A stretch of 64,000 nt of DNA, taken from IMG/VR virus record IMGVR_UViG_3300011113_000805, positions 1 through 64,000 of that record; one strand, 5' to 3'. Below are positions 51,122-61,400 of the stretch, one piece after another. The notes beneath the pieces are model-generated. The model ran no database searches. It was given only the letters and a program-made list of their open reading frames with translations, and was not told the origin of the DNA. Within the stretch, counting starts at the first letter, position 1; every line of letters starts with the position of its first letter. Both the position numbers and the translations under genes were made by a program.

Positions 51122-52507
51122 TCACTTTGCTCCCATAACTTGTTTCCACTTCTCTCGCAGGACATTCTTCCTGCTATTGTCATCCTGGGTTATTGCTTCC
51201 TGTAAGGTGAGCTCACCCTCATCTAGAACTTTAATGGTAGAACGAGCCGTGTCAATGTGAATAGGAAAAAGAATGCCATCACGTCCTGCTCGATTCTTTG
51301 CTACAAAAAGCCTTCCCATTCCTGTGGCCTTTTCGGCAGGCTTTCGGGAGAGAGAGAGGACCACGTCAGCCACCATTGCCTTGCCATAGGACTCTGACAT
51401 ATTCTCAAGGCCAACAATGTCAGAATTTGAGGAGTCACGATTTGCCTGGGATGCCGTCCAGATGGGAATGTTTTTCTCCATTGCCAGGTTTCGAAGCTCC
51501 TCATAAATAAGCTTAAGCTCAAGTCTTAGGGCATCATACTCTCGCGATGATCGCATAATATCAGCATAGTCGATGAGAATCAGATTAGGAACAAATCCTC
51601 TCAACGAGAGCTTCTCGAGGTGATTTCGAAGGGTATTGACAGTTGCCGTGCCTGTAGGATACTCCTTGATGATGAGCTTGCCTAGCTCCATATCCTTGTA
51701 CTTGTCCATTACCTCCTGCTTTGAGTCCTGGATCTCGTTGGACGGGATCTCAGTCAGGTGAGAGTCATAGCGAATGCCAACCGCTGTCTCAGTGAGCTCA
51801 AACGTATAATGAACAACATTCTTTCCTCGTTTCAGGGCGTTTGCTCCCAAGGAGACAAGCATATGGCTCTTGCCGACACCGGTATTTGCAGCAATAACCC
51901 CTAGCTCACCGCGACCAAGGCCTCCATTAAGGACTGTCTTCTCGTCAAGCTGATCAATACCGGTAGGACATGCAGCGCGATTGATCTTAACAAAACGAGC
52001 TTCAGCATCCTCAAAGAAGTCATGACCAACAGATGTGGGCAGGCCTACGGAGACTGCCTTGCGCATAAGATCAACGACGGCATCATACTTGTCACCTGAA
52101 ATAAGTTCGACAGATTTCTCAAGTGCCTCACGAAGGGCTTGCTTCCTGCAAAAATCAAGCGCCTTATCCTTCACATATGCAATGTCACCCATGTCAGGTG
52201 AGTGACGCATACGACCCAGGTACTCTACAATTTGCTCCTTAAGGACAGCATTGCTTGGCTCACGCAGCTCATCCTTGATGATGGAGATGAGCAAGGAGAG
52301 AGTCGGAAACGAGCGATACTTGCCATTGTACTTGAAGTACTTGTCACTGAGGTAAGCAAGGTATTTCAAGTCAAAGTAGTTTGGTTGCATCACCTCTGAC
52401 ATTTGTGCGGCCCAGGTATGATCGGTCAGGAGGCCCTGGAAGATCTTTTCCTGAAAGGGTTTGCCATACTGCTTGAATAACGCTTCACCGGGACTATTGT
52501 CAGACAT
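51122..52507 (-). CDS. DnaB/gp41-like replicative helicase
   Basis: ANTGVGKS, IIKEYP, IDYAD, WTASQANR, KNRAG. Confidence 0.92.
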   Translation of the reverse strand: MSDNSPGEALFKQYGKPFQEKIFQGLLTDHTWAAQMSEVMQPNYFDLKYLAYLSDKYFKYNGKYRSFPTLSLLISIIKDELREPSNAVLKEQIVEYLGRMRHSPDMGDIAYVKDKALDFCRKQALREALEKSVELISGDKYDAVVDLMRKAVSVGLPTSVGHDFFEDAEARFVKINRAACPTGIDQLDEKTVLNGGLGRGELGVIAANTGVGKSHMLVSLGANALKRGKNVVHYTFELTETAVGIRYDSHLTEIPSNEIQDSKQEVMDKYKDMELGKLIIKEYPTGTATVNTLRNHLEKLSLRGFVPNLILIDYADIMRSSREYDALRLELKLIYEELRNLAMEKNIPIWTASQANRDSSNSDIVGLENMSESYGKAMVADVVLSLSRKPAEKATGMGRLFVAKNRAGRDGILFPIHIDTARSTIKVLDEGELTLQEAITQDDNSRKNVLREKWKQVMGAK

Positions 52508-53462
52508 ACTTCCTCTTTAGATTTACTGTTGCGTTCATGTAGAGCCTGTCAATGTCGAATGTTTTAATTCCGGCCTTGAGAAGCGAGCGAATGAGCTCCA
52601 TCTTATTGCCGGCTGGAACTTCACTCTCGATGGCCGAGTTGATCCTTGTAACCTGGTTCCAGCTGAGATTTGAGACATCAAGGTGCATGAGCTTCCAATT
52701 CATTCTAGCCATGTCAGCACCGTTTTTCACTTGCTGGTATGTTTTTGCTGACTTTTCTGGCATTGAGATTGCATGCGTAATGATTTCTTCCAAGTCAATG
52801 GGACTATTACCGACAAGCTGCGGAAACCTCTTGGCCATAGTCTTCAGTCCTATGCCTTTAATCCCGGGGAGTGCATCAGAGACATCTCCGCAGAAGCATC
52901 GAGCAACAACCATATTGTAGGGTCGTATTCCAAATTTTTTTGTGACATACTCGTCATCGACTACGGCCTTGAGAGTGGGAGACCAAATTTTCACTCTTTC
53001 ATTCACTAGCTGTAAGTAATCATGATCAGAAGAAACTATCAGCACCGGTGACTGTGAGTAAGAATATTTTGCCAAATAGCCAATAACATCATCAGCTTCA
53101 CAATCTGAGACGTAGATCTGCCTAACAGGCAGATGCTTCAATGCCCCAACAAGGACTTTCACCTGCCAGTTTCGATTCTCTACAGTGTCTGGAAGGTCTC
53201 CTTCGTGAAAACGATTGAGCTTTACTGGGCGACGTCGCGACTTATACTCCGGATAGATAGCACGCCGCCGGGCCGAACCACCACCTTCCCAGACAATGAC
53301 ACACTCATAAGGTGAGTGCGTTGATATTAAAGAGTTCAATGACTGGAGGAACCCAACCACCCCACCGACGTGCTGACCCTCAGCCATCAGCGGATTTGCA
53401 CAAAAATTTCTTAGGTACAAGTTGTAGGCATCGATAAGGAGGACGGGTCCCTCGGTTGTCAT
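52500..53462 (-). CDS. 5'-3' exonuclease (second copy)
   Basis: LLIDAYN, YPEYK, EADDVIGY, SSDHDYLQL, GDVSDALPGIKGIG. Confidence 0.92.
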   Translation of the reverse strand: MTTEGPVLLIDAYNLYLRNFCANPLMAEGQHVGGVVGFLQSLNSLISTHSPYECVIVWEGGGSARRRAIYPEYKSRRRPVKLNRFHEGDLPDTVENRNWQVKVLVGALKHLPVRQIYVSDCEADDVIGYLAKYSYSQSPVLIVSSDHDYLQLVNERVKIWSPTLKAVVDDEYVTKKFGIRPYNMVVARCFCGDVSDALPGIKGIGLKTMAKRFPQLVGNSPIDLEEIITHAISMPEKSAKTYQQVKNGADMARMNWKLMHLDVSNLSWNQVTRINSAIESEVPAGNKMELIRSLLKAGIKTFDIDRLYMNATVNLKRKYV

Positions 53463-53468
53463 GAATTA

Positions 53469-54686
53469 TTACTCCGGAGAGATATCATAACCCGATTCTG
53501 TCAATTGATCAGCAAGTGATTTCACTTCTTCATAAGACTCACTATCAATATCAATGTCATCAGCCTGGATCTGAGTTTTAACCATTGCCTTTTCTAGAAG
53601 GCCCTCAATCCATGGACTCGCCTCCGGATCCTTCATGACATCACCGAAATCATTCTTGTAGAACTTTCGTGTGAGAATATTGACACCTTCTGAGTTCATT
53701 ACCGTGAGAGTCTTCCATGCACCGGCACCTTCAATGGAGACCTCATGATCATTGACCATGTCCTTGCCAAAGTTTCGAAGCAAGTCAAAGATCTCCTCAT
53801 GCTCAACGATTCCTTTGCCAAAGTGAATCTGGAAGTTGGCCGACCTGAAGGGTGGGCCCACCTTGTTCTTGATGGTCTTTGCCGAGACATTGATACCAAT
53901 AACAGCGTCATTGGCACCCTTCACTTGCTGGCCAGCACCAAGCTTGATTCGAACCGATGCATGAAATGGAATTGCATTTCCACCAGGAACTGCAGTCGGA
54001 TCTCCGTAAAGAACACCGATCTTTGTCCTCACCTGGTTCAGGCAAACAAAGAGAACCCTTTGATCGCCAATGAGACCAGTAATCTTTCGCATTGCCTTGG
54101 AGATGGTCCTCGCCTGGAGACCGATAGTATCCTTGTCATACGCACCCTCAAGCTCAGCCTTAGGTGAGGATGCCGCAACGGAGTCCCAGATGATGGTGAT
54201 GGGTGCATCCTTACTGAATGTCTTTGCCTTCAGAATAGTCTTCTCGGCGATATCAAAGACTTCCTCCGTACAATGTGTATCGACATAGACAAATCGCTTC
54301 GAGATATCAACACCAAGTGTCTGCAAGTTCTCTGGATTGGTTGCATTCTCCGTGTCAATATAGACTACAATTCCACCCATTCGCTGGGTAGATCTGGCAA
54401 TATGAGTTGCAATATGACTCTTGCCAATTGAGGGTGGGCCAAAGATTTCGATGATTCGACCCTCTGGAAGACCACCATCACGGCGGTTGGAGACGATGTA
54501 ATCAAGCTGCTTTGAACCTGTCGAGATCCAACGCTTCACGTGAGTCGGTGACTGATCTGATGCAAGATTATAAGCGACTCGGTGACCGATGTCTCGATTA
54601 AGTGAGTTAATGAGATCAGAAGTAAAATCCTCGGCTGCTGTGGTGCCGGCATCATTCGAGACTGTTGTTTTCTTCTTTGGTGGCAT
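53469..54686 (-). CDS. recA: RecA/UvsX recombinase
   Basis: STGS..LD, GLP.GRIIEIFGPPSIGKS, IDTE, DSVA, NQVR, GG.AI.F.AS.R, KNKV. Confidence 0.93.
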   Translation of the reverse strand: MPPKKKTTVSNDAGTTAAEDFTSDLINSLNRDIGHRVAYNLASDQSPTHVKRWISTGSKQLDYIVSNRRDGGLPEGRIIEIFGPPSIGKSHIATHIARSTQRMGGIVVYIDTENATNPENLQTLGVDISKRFVYVDTHCTEEVFDIAEKTILKAKTFSKDAPITIIWDSVAASSPKAELEGAYDKDTIGLQARTISKAMRKITGLIGDQRVLFVCLNQVRTKIGVLYGDPTAVPGGNAIPFHASVRIKLGAGQQVKGANDAVIGINVSAKTIKNKVGPPFRSANFQIHFGKGIVEHEEIFDLLRNFGKDMVNDHEVSIEGAGAWKTLTVMNSEGVNILTRKFYKNDFGDVMKDPEASPWIEGLLEKAMVKTQIQADDIDIDSESYEEVKSLADQLTESGYDISPE

Positions 54687-54703
54687 TGCTTCTCCTAAGC
54701 GAT

Positions 54704-54755
54704 ATTGTAGTTGGAAGTAAAGACATGTTCACCCCGGATTTGAACCCGGGGTGAA
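54704..54755 (-). promoter_or_regulatory. Hairpin after the SSB gene overlapping the recA sigma70-like promoter
   Basis: 10-bp stem ttcaccccgg/ccggggtgaa (54728-54755); GTGAAC-N17-TACAAT. Confidence 0.6.
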
Positions 54756-54777
54756 TTCATTGTGTGGCTAAACCTGA

Positions 54778-55608
54778 TTACTCGAGATCAGCGAATGCAT
54801 CATCGAGATCATCGAAGGCCTTGCTAGGCTTCGGCTTTGCCTTGCCTTTGCCACCACCAGACGAACGAAGCTCAGCGATATCATCGTCAAGGCTTTCCGG
54901 TGTTGCACGTGAGGCAGTCTCGGTTCGAACATCGGTCTTGTCGGTGGTGCCACCGGTGAGCCAGTCATTAACACGCTTCTCGATCTCCTCAGGAGAAATG
55001 TGCTCATCATAATCCTCCATCTTTGGAATGGAGGAAAGCCACTGCTTTACCTGTGCAGGATCCTTCGAGAGAGGAGTCTGGGAGGCACGTGGAGTCACCT
55101 TGGTATCGGCATAAGTCTTGGCAGGCTGCTTTGTCACCGAGACCTTGATGTCGCGACCCGACTCCGGATCGGTGATGTCACCATAATCCTCATCAAGCAT
55201 AAGCTTGAGAAGATCCTGATAGATCATCTTGCCAAAGCTCCAAAGGCGTACACCCTTGTCTTCCTCACCGCGGACCACCACAGCCGCGGTGGTTCGAAGT
55301 TTCGGATAGAGCTTCTTTACAAGTTCACGAGAGGCATCTGATCCATCCTCACGAAGCTTGTCAATAAGCTCCTGAATGGGATCGCGCTTGCCAAACTGTT
55401 TCGGCGAGAGAATGGCAGGAGCCTTTTCGCCACCAATACCGTAGTAGTACCAGCGGTCGACGAAAGGCTGACCATCATTGTTGGGGAATGCAATGATTCG
55501 AACCTGATAGTCCTTGCCCTCTTCCGGGCGCCAGGTAACGGCTGACTTCTTGTTCTGGCCGGAAAGCTGGCCAAGCTTCTTACGAATTGCGTCAAAGTCA
55601 ATGGGCAT
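54778..55608 (-). CDS. gp32-like single-stranded DNA-binding protein
   Basis: W.P..G...RI, LWSFGK.IY, YGDITDPESGRD; acidic tail DDLDDAFADLE. Confidence 0.85.
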   Translation of the reverse strand: MPIDFDAIRKKLGQLSGQNKKSAVTWRPEEGKDYQVRIIAFPNNDGQPFVDRWYYYGIGGEKAPAILSPKQFGKRDPIQELIDKLREDGSDASRELVKKLYPKLRTTAAVVVRGEEDKGVRLWSFGKMIYQDLLKLMLDEDYGDITDPESGRDIKVSVTKQPAKTYADTKVTPRASQTPLSKDPAQVKQWLSSIPKMEDYDEHISPEEIEKRVNDWLTGGTTDKTDVRTETASRATPESLDDDIAELRSSGGGKGKAKPKPSKAFDDLDDAFADLE

Positions 55609-55705
55609 TTGATTTTTCCTTATGTTTGTTGGTTGGTTGCTGTCATGGTAGTCATCAAAGGCGTCACCCCCGCTGATGACCTCAGTGTGGTCCTGCCACA
55701 GTGAG

Positions 55706-55734
55706 ATTATAGTAATTGTCTCTTAGGTTTTCAA
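55706..55734 (-). promoter_or_regulatory. Sigma70-like promoter of the SSB gene
   Basis: TTGAAA-N17-TATAAT. Confidence 0.65.
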
Positions 55735-56108
55735 TATTTCCATTGTAGAAATTTTGATACCGCAGCTCTATTCTTGAAAGGAGACTTTGCTCCTCCATAT
55801 GCCCGGGCAAGGCATTCGACAGAAGACTCATAGGTTTCTGTCCTATCCCTAAAGTGATTTGTCTCGAGATTATCCAAAACTCCATTGTTATTGAGATCAA
55901 GCATTGCAATGGTTAAACCACTACCGACAGTATTGACCTCACGTAGGCGTCGCTTCTTCGGAGAAACACTTGGATTCGGATAAGTTGCAGGAGCACCAAG
56001 AGGCACAGTTGCACCAGCAATTGCGCCGGCACCGGAAAACTCATCCAAATCCTCCTCGTCCAGCTCATAAATCATTTCACGAATAAGTCTTAAGAGTTCA
56101 TCTTGCAT
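55731..56108 (-). CDS. Hypothetical protein, putative virion-internal
   Basis: MQDELLRLIREMI...LDEFSGAGAIAG; CATAGATA just upstream. Confidence 0.6.
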   Translation of the reverse strand: MQDELLRLIREMIYELDEEDLDEFSGAGAIAGATVPLGAPATYPNPSVSPKKRRLREVNTVGSGLTIAMLDLNNNGVLDNLETNHFRDRTETYESSVECLARAYGGAKSPFKNRAAVSKFLQWKY

Positions 56109-56136
56109 AAGACTATCTATGCTAGACGATGTGAAC

Positions 56137-56727
56137 TTACACACTACTGGAAGAGTTTCGATACACCCACTGACGAGCCTGTGTCAGGAGGACAGCCAGT
56201 GCAGGTTCGGAGCCAACATAGAAACGGTTCTCCTCTCGTTGGGGACCTCCGGCGACCGCGATCGCGACCCACTCCTCAGGAGTCAACTTGACGCCCCAGT
56301 GCTGAAGCAGCTGTAAGGAACGATGAGCGATGGGAACCTTAGGAAGGGCCTCATTGTAGCGGTAGAGTCTTCCCTGCTTCCTGTGCCAGTCGGAGTCTTG
56401 GTCCAAGAGGTAAGGAGTCTCCACCGAGCCTACCATTCCAATTGCATGGAAGAGCCCAGACATTACAATGGATTCTGTTGGAATGTGATCCATGTCGAGG
56501 GCGGCCGCTAAGGTACGCATAGTGCCGGTGACCTCAATGGACATTCGAATGAGGCCACCAGGCTCCGACCATCCCTCATGCTCCTGTAAGGTGGCAGGAC
56601 ACATAATGATCCTTTCACCGAGAGCATCCAACATCTGTGCAATTGGTTCGGATCGACTGCCTGTCGCAGCAGCGATCTTAGAGAACTTACGGAAGTGTTG
56701 TTGCAGCGTTTCTAGTGTTTGTGTCAT
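56137..56727 (-). CDS. Degenerate HD-domain protein
   Basis: CPA..H...PGGLI, LFHAIGMVG (HD changed to HA), HRSL.LLQ..GV.L..EEW.AI. Confidence 0.7.
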   Translation of the reverse strand: MTQTLETLQQHFRKFSKIAAATGSRSEPIAQMLDALGERIIMCPATLQEHEGWSEPGGLIRMSIEVTGTMRTLAAALDMDHIPTESIVMSGLFHAIGMVGSVETPYLLDQDSDWHRKQGRLYRYNEALPKVPIAHRSLQLLQHWGVKLTPEEWVAIAVAGGPQREENRFYVGSEPALAVLLTQARQWVYRNSSSSV

Positions 56728-56764
56728 ATAGAACTTTATGGCGCTGGTTTCAAATGTTCAAAAA

Positions 56765-57244
56765 TTAAGCTCGAGCACTTACAATAATCCTGCACTTCTT
56801 TTCATTTTCATTTATCTGTCGCCTATAGTATAGCCTTGCGCTCGAGGAGATGTCAATTATTTTTTTAGTAGCGCTGGCATCCAAGATTGCCTTAAGATAG
56901 CGCCAGCCATTGGATCCTCTCTGGCCCACGGCAGTTGTTGGCCATGCCTCATCATTGATGACAAGATTAATGATGATTCCTTCATCTTCTACATCAGGTG
57001 TCTCAAAGACATCAGAAAGAACATCCGAATCAATTGCCTTTTCTAGTATTTCGGATGGTTTTAGCTTTTCTCCATCTGCGTCAATGCCAAGATCCTTCAA
57101 TAGCCCACTTGGATCAGACTTTGCTCGTGCCTCGGCATCGGCAGCGCCAAGAGTTTTTCCTCCAACGTTAGACTTATCTTCCCAGTCAGAAGATTCTTTA
57201 AGAATAAGACGCGTGTAGTGTCTAATAAACTGATTGGTATTCAT
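56765..57244 (-). CDS. Hypothetical protein
   Basis: FIRHYTRLILKES; CATAGATA just upstream. Confidence 0.6.
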   Translation of the reverse strand: MNTNQFIRHYTRLILKESSDWEDKSNVGGKTLGAADAEARAKSDPSGLLKDLGIDADGEKLKPSEILEKAIDSDVLSDVFETPDVEDEGIIINLVINDEAWPTTAVGQRGSNGWRYLKAILDASATKKIIDISSSARLYYRRQINENEKKCRIIVSARA

Positions 57245-57252
57245 AGGATTAT

Positions 57253-58383
57253 CTATGCTGCTTCATCCAGTCCATTCAGGGATAACGAAAAATTACCATA
57301 TGGTTGAACCATTATCCCATCATTGATGATTCTGGAAAGAACTCCTGTGTTATCCGCCGGCACATCAACAAAGAGAGCATCATGCACGAGGAAGAGAGGA
57401 TCACAAAGTCCATCGAGTTTTTCTGCCAAGCTTGAGAAACCTAAGAGGCAAACATCAACAGCTGTGGACTGGACCCAATGTGGAATCATTAGTCGAGGCT
57501 CCTCGGGCTCAATGGGCCGGCCATAGCCATTCCTGCCTGGGGTGCTAGTAATGAGCTCCTGCAGCTGCTGAACTCGAAAGTACTCCTTTACGTGACGCTT
57601 CAGTTTCTCCTCAACACCACCAGATGCCCCGGCACCATAGAGAAAGGAGAGAGTTGCAATCTTTGCCTTTGCTCGGCTATAGCCTGATGCCTTGGAAATC
57701 TCCTCATAGACATCTCCTTGTGGGCTCTCACCGACTGCCATCAAGGCCAACCGTGGCTCTAGGGAGACGAAATCAATGCTCATAATGCTTCCACCAGGAT
57801 ATCGGGAGCGAATAATACTACGATGCTTCTTGTTCATTCCGAGGACACGAGGTCCGGAATCGACGCGAAGTCGTCCTGTCTTTGTGTCATGTTTGTAGTG
57901 AATAGGTGAACAGACACTGCCAAACACCGGGAGAAAGGAGTCAATAGGCTCCCCGGCATCAACTAATGACCTTACCTTGACAGTATCAACATGAATAGGT
58001 TCGAGCCTCTCAAGGATCCGGCGACCCTTTGCCAGTGTCTCTAGATAGCCCGTCGCCTCTAGCTCCTCCACTAGTGGAAGTATCTCGCTTCGAAACTGCT
58101 GGATCCTCCTGGCAAGACCACGGGATGTCAAGGCCTGAGACCAGTCAATGTTAGTGTCGGTGCCAAGCCAAGCGCTGTATGCATTCCGGTAGGAGGCAGG
58201 GATAAGTTCTGGCAAGCTTCGACCCCAGGCAGTCACCAAGTCTTCCAAGGAAGCTGCCTTAATGCCTGTTGCACCGAGAAGCCAGGAGTCCTTGTCGGGT
58301 TCTGGTACGGTGTGGGGACGCTGGCGAATGGCAATGCATCGACCGGTACCGGTAGCTTCAGGAAGAAGGGTAATCTCTTGCAT
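57253..58383 (-). CDS. Minimal family-A DNA polymerase-like protein
   Basis: TGRL, motif A DFVSLEPR, motif B RAKAK...LYG, QSTAVD, motif C VHDAL. Confidence 0.8.
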   Translation of the reverse strand: MQEITLLPEATGTGRCIAIRQRPHTVPEPDKDSWLLGATGIKAASLEDLVTAWGRSLPELIPASYRNAYSAWLGTDTNIDWSQALTSRGLARRIQQFRSEILPLVEELEATGYLETLAKGRRILERLEPIHVDTVKVRSLVDAGEPIDSFLPVFGSVCSPIHYKHDTKTGRLRVDSGPRVLGMNKKHRSIIRSRYPGGSIMSIDFVSLEPRLALMAVGESPQGDVYEEISKASGYSRAKAKIATLSFLYGAGASGGVEEKLKRHVKEYFRVQQLQELITSTPGRNGYGRPIEPEEPRLMIPHWVQSTAVDVCLLGFSSLAEKLDGLCDPLFLVHDALFVDVPADNTGVLSRIINDGIMVQPYGNFSLSLNGLDEAA

Positions 58384-58420
58384 AGGAGAAGTGTATCAGG
58401 AAATCAGAGGTGTATATTCA

Positions 58421-61400
58421 CTATGCTTGCCACATCTTTGTGACATCGACATCAATGGTTTCCTCCTTAGCTTTGTTTTCATTGATTGCATAAGTCCATT
58501 TTTTTGCCTTGACAATGTCTTTGCCTGACCAAAGATCATTGCTTGAACCGTAATCTATCTCGTAGCATGTTAAGTCGTTTAGTTTGATGGCTTTGAATAT
58601 CTCATGAATGCCTTGACCAGGTTGTGGACCTCTAGAAAATATGATTTGAATTGAATCTGAAGCAAACCAGTTAGGTGGGGCAGCATATGCCTCCTGTATT
58701 TGTGTGACACTCTTTCCGGAGATTCTCCAAATTCGAATTTTTGTTGGTCTTAGTTTTTTACTTTCAGCTAGTCTTGCGGCAAAAGCTTCCTTAAAGGAGC
58801 TTGGCGATGCATAATTTGCAAGAATATTGATTTCTGATCCTGTTATATCAGTAGATTTTGGTACAGGCGGTGCCGACGTCTGTGGGGCCGTTGGGCCATT
58901 TGCTGCGATATCTACAAGCCCCCTCAGGGCCTCAAACTCTCTCTTGACGGAGGAATAAATTCCATATGCACCTGTATGAAGTGTAAATTTAGCAGATGTT
59001 GAAAATTGACCAGGTGACATCTTGTGAGACAGGCCTGTGCAAGCGTAGATATTATCGATCGATGTGCCTGTTCCAAAGTTGATATAGACTGATTGCATAA
59101 AGTGAAGGATCGGACATCCTAAAAGTTCAACCTGAACTTCAGTGCCATTAAGGAGAAGAGGTAGGCCGGCTTCCTTCGAAGCAGCTGGATTTGCCCCTTG
59201 TGCATCTTGTGCTTTAATGATATTAACCGTACTGAGCCTAGCATCATTGATACTGTTGACTGATATAGATTTTACAAGACCTGCTCCGCTACCGTAATGA
59301 ATAACAGGCAAGCTTCTAGACATAAACTCTTGCAACTTTCTTGGACTGTCTGCCCTTAAGAGGCCGGTCAAATTAATTTGATATGCAGCTGTATCACCAT
59401 TAATTGCTGATGAAGAGGTACTAGATGTGGAGGTAACATTTTTTATTACACCTTGCTGGCCCATTTTTGTTATGACATCTTTTCTTTGAGCTGCAATGAT
59501 GTCCGACCTCATGTCTTTCCAGCTTACAACACCAAATAACCTACTTCCAGGTTCAATTGCTGCCAAGTCAATAAATCTGGTGACATCAGACCTACCTGAT
59601 GCTATTGCCTCGGAATAAGTTTCGAATGGGTTTGCCTGGGCATCATTGACATGTATTCTTAAGATTGTTTTCTCCCTATCTGTCTCGTGAGGAATACACT
59701 CTAGTGAAACCCTAAGCCTGGGCTTAATGAACTTCGCATCTTTGATACCTGCATCCGTCAATGCCTTATCATAGGCAGATATTTTTCCATCCTTTAGCTT
59801 TCCATTGTCATCATATAGACTTGAGAAACCATACACAGGATGTGCTATGTCATCGACATGCCTACCAATGAGCTCAATAAAGTTCTTTATACTAATCTTA
59901 GGTCTTTTCTTGAGCATATCCTTAATATCACTTTGAAGCGCATCTGTGTCCAAAGGAAATGCGGCTATTGAAACATCCTTCATAAAGCTAGCTCTTTCAT
60001 TAAACTTATTGAAAATTAGCTGTATTTCATCAAATCTTCCGGTTGTCATTAACGGTTGGCAAGCAAATGCAATGAGTGCTCGAGCAATTGATACTGAGCC
60101 TGTCTTGTATTTTGGATTTTGAAATCCAAGTAGACTCTTATTGAGCCCTGCGCCATTACTTTCTGCTAGCTCCGGAGATGCTAGCACTTCGCTACATGCA
60201 GGAAAGTATTCAGTGCCCTCATTTAGCCTTTTAAAGATATCACCTACGCCGGCATCAGTATCCTTTACAAGGGCACCTTGCTGATCAAAGAGTTTAGTCA
60301 TTTTTTCGCTTAAATTTTTAAGATCTCCAATCTTTGATGTGTTTCCCTTGAGCTTACGTACAACTTCTTTAAGCTCTTTGAGTTTGACATCACTAAGGGC
60401 CAAAAAAGCATCCTCTGATGACACAGCGCCGACAATGGTCTCACCTATAATGGGTTTGATGGAGTCTCCTCCGCCTTTTATGATTTCTCCAATTTCAGCA
60501 ATAGTTTCAGTTAATATTTTACGTGCACCACTCCCGGGTATTGCTGATGTAATGTCGTAGATGTCTAGATCAGATCCTCCCTTCATTGCCAGTGAGAGGT
60601 TAATATTGACCTGGCCAGAATCATCAAAATTAAAGTCGGAATTGACTATAGAATACTTTTCAATTACTCTAAGAGAATCAATAAATTGAGCAAAGACATC
60701 ATCTTGAAGACGACCACCAAAGACTCTCTTACCCTGAAGGCTCCTGTTTTGACTAACTTCAAGATCTGTAGCTAATCTTCCCGAAGATGTGTCTATCGAC
60801 CAGCCATACTCTATTTCCAGCTCTACAGTGCTATAGAACCCAGCCTTGACGAAAGGTGCAACTTCAGAGAGTCGACCTCTATCATGAAGCACCAAACTCA
60901 TCTTTCCTGTCTTGTAAGACATAAATCCACCAGCAGGCGCAACATCGAAGTCCAGGCTTGTCATTGACATTAGAGGCCTGAAGCGATCGACAGGTCTTGC
61001 ACTTCCAAAAAGATCATCATTTCGAATGTCAGGCAGGTCAGAGACCATGGTTTGAGGTGCCGTGAAGAGTTCCATCGATGCAGGTGTTTCACTGCCACCC
61101 GCGCCAAAGATCATTGCATTGATATTAGTATTTTCATCGATAGGTGCTCTTCCTTTAACATATCGTAGCAGGCTCAGGCCCTCTAGGGTTTTTGTATTAC
61201 CACTTACCGATGTTCTTCCTGCACCTCTAATTCTAACATTCACATAAGGAACAGCGCGTGACATGATATGTGCAGGGACCATTGATGAAAATATTGATAT
61301 GCCTGTCACATCACGAACAGCGGTTCCAAATCTAGAATTAAGAATTTCAATAACACTAAGTGTTGTTTTGAACTTCTGAGGGTTTTCAATTGAGTGATAT

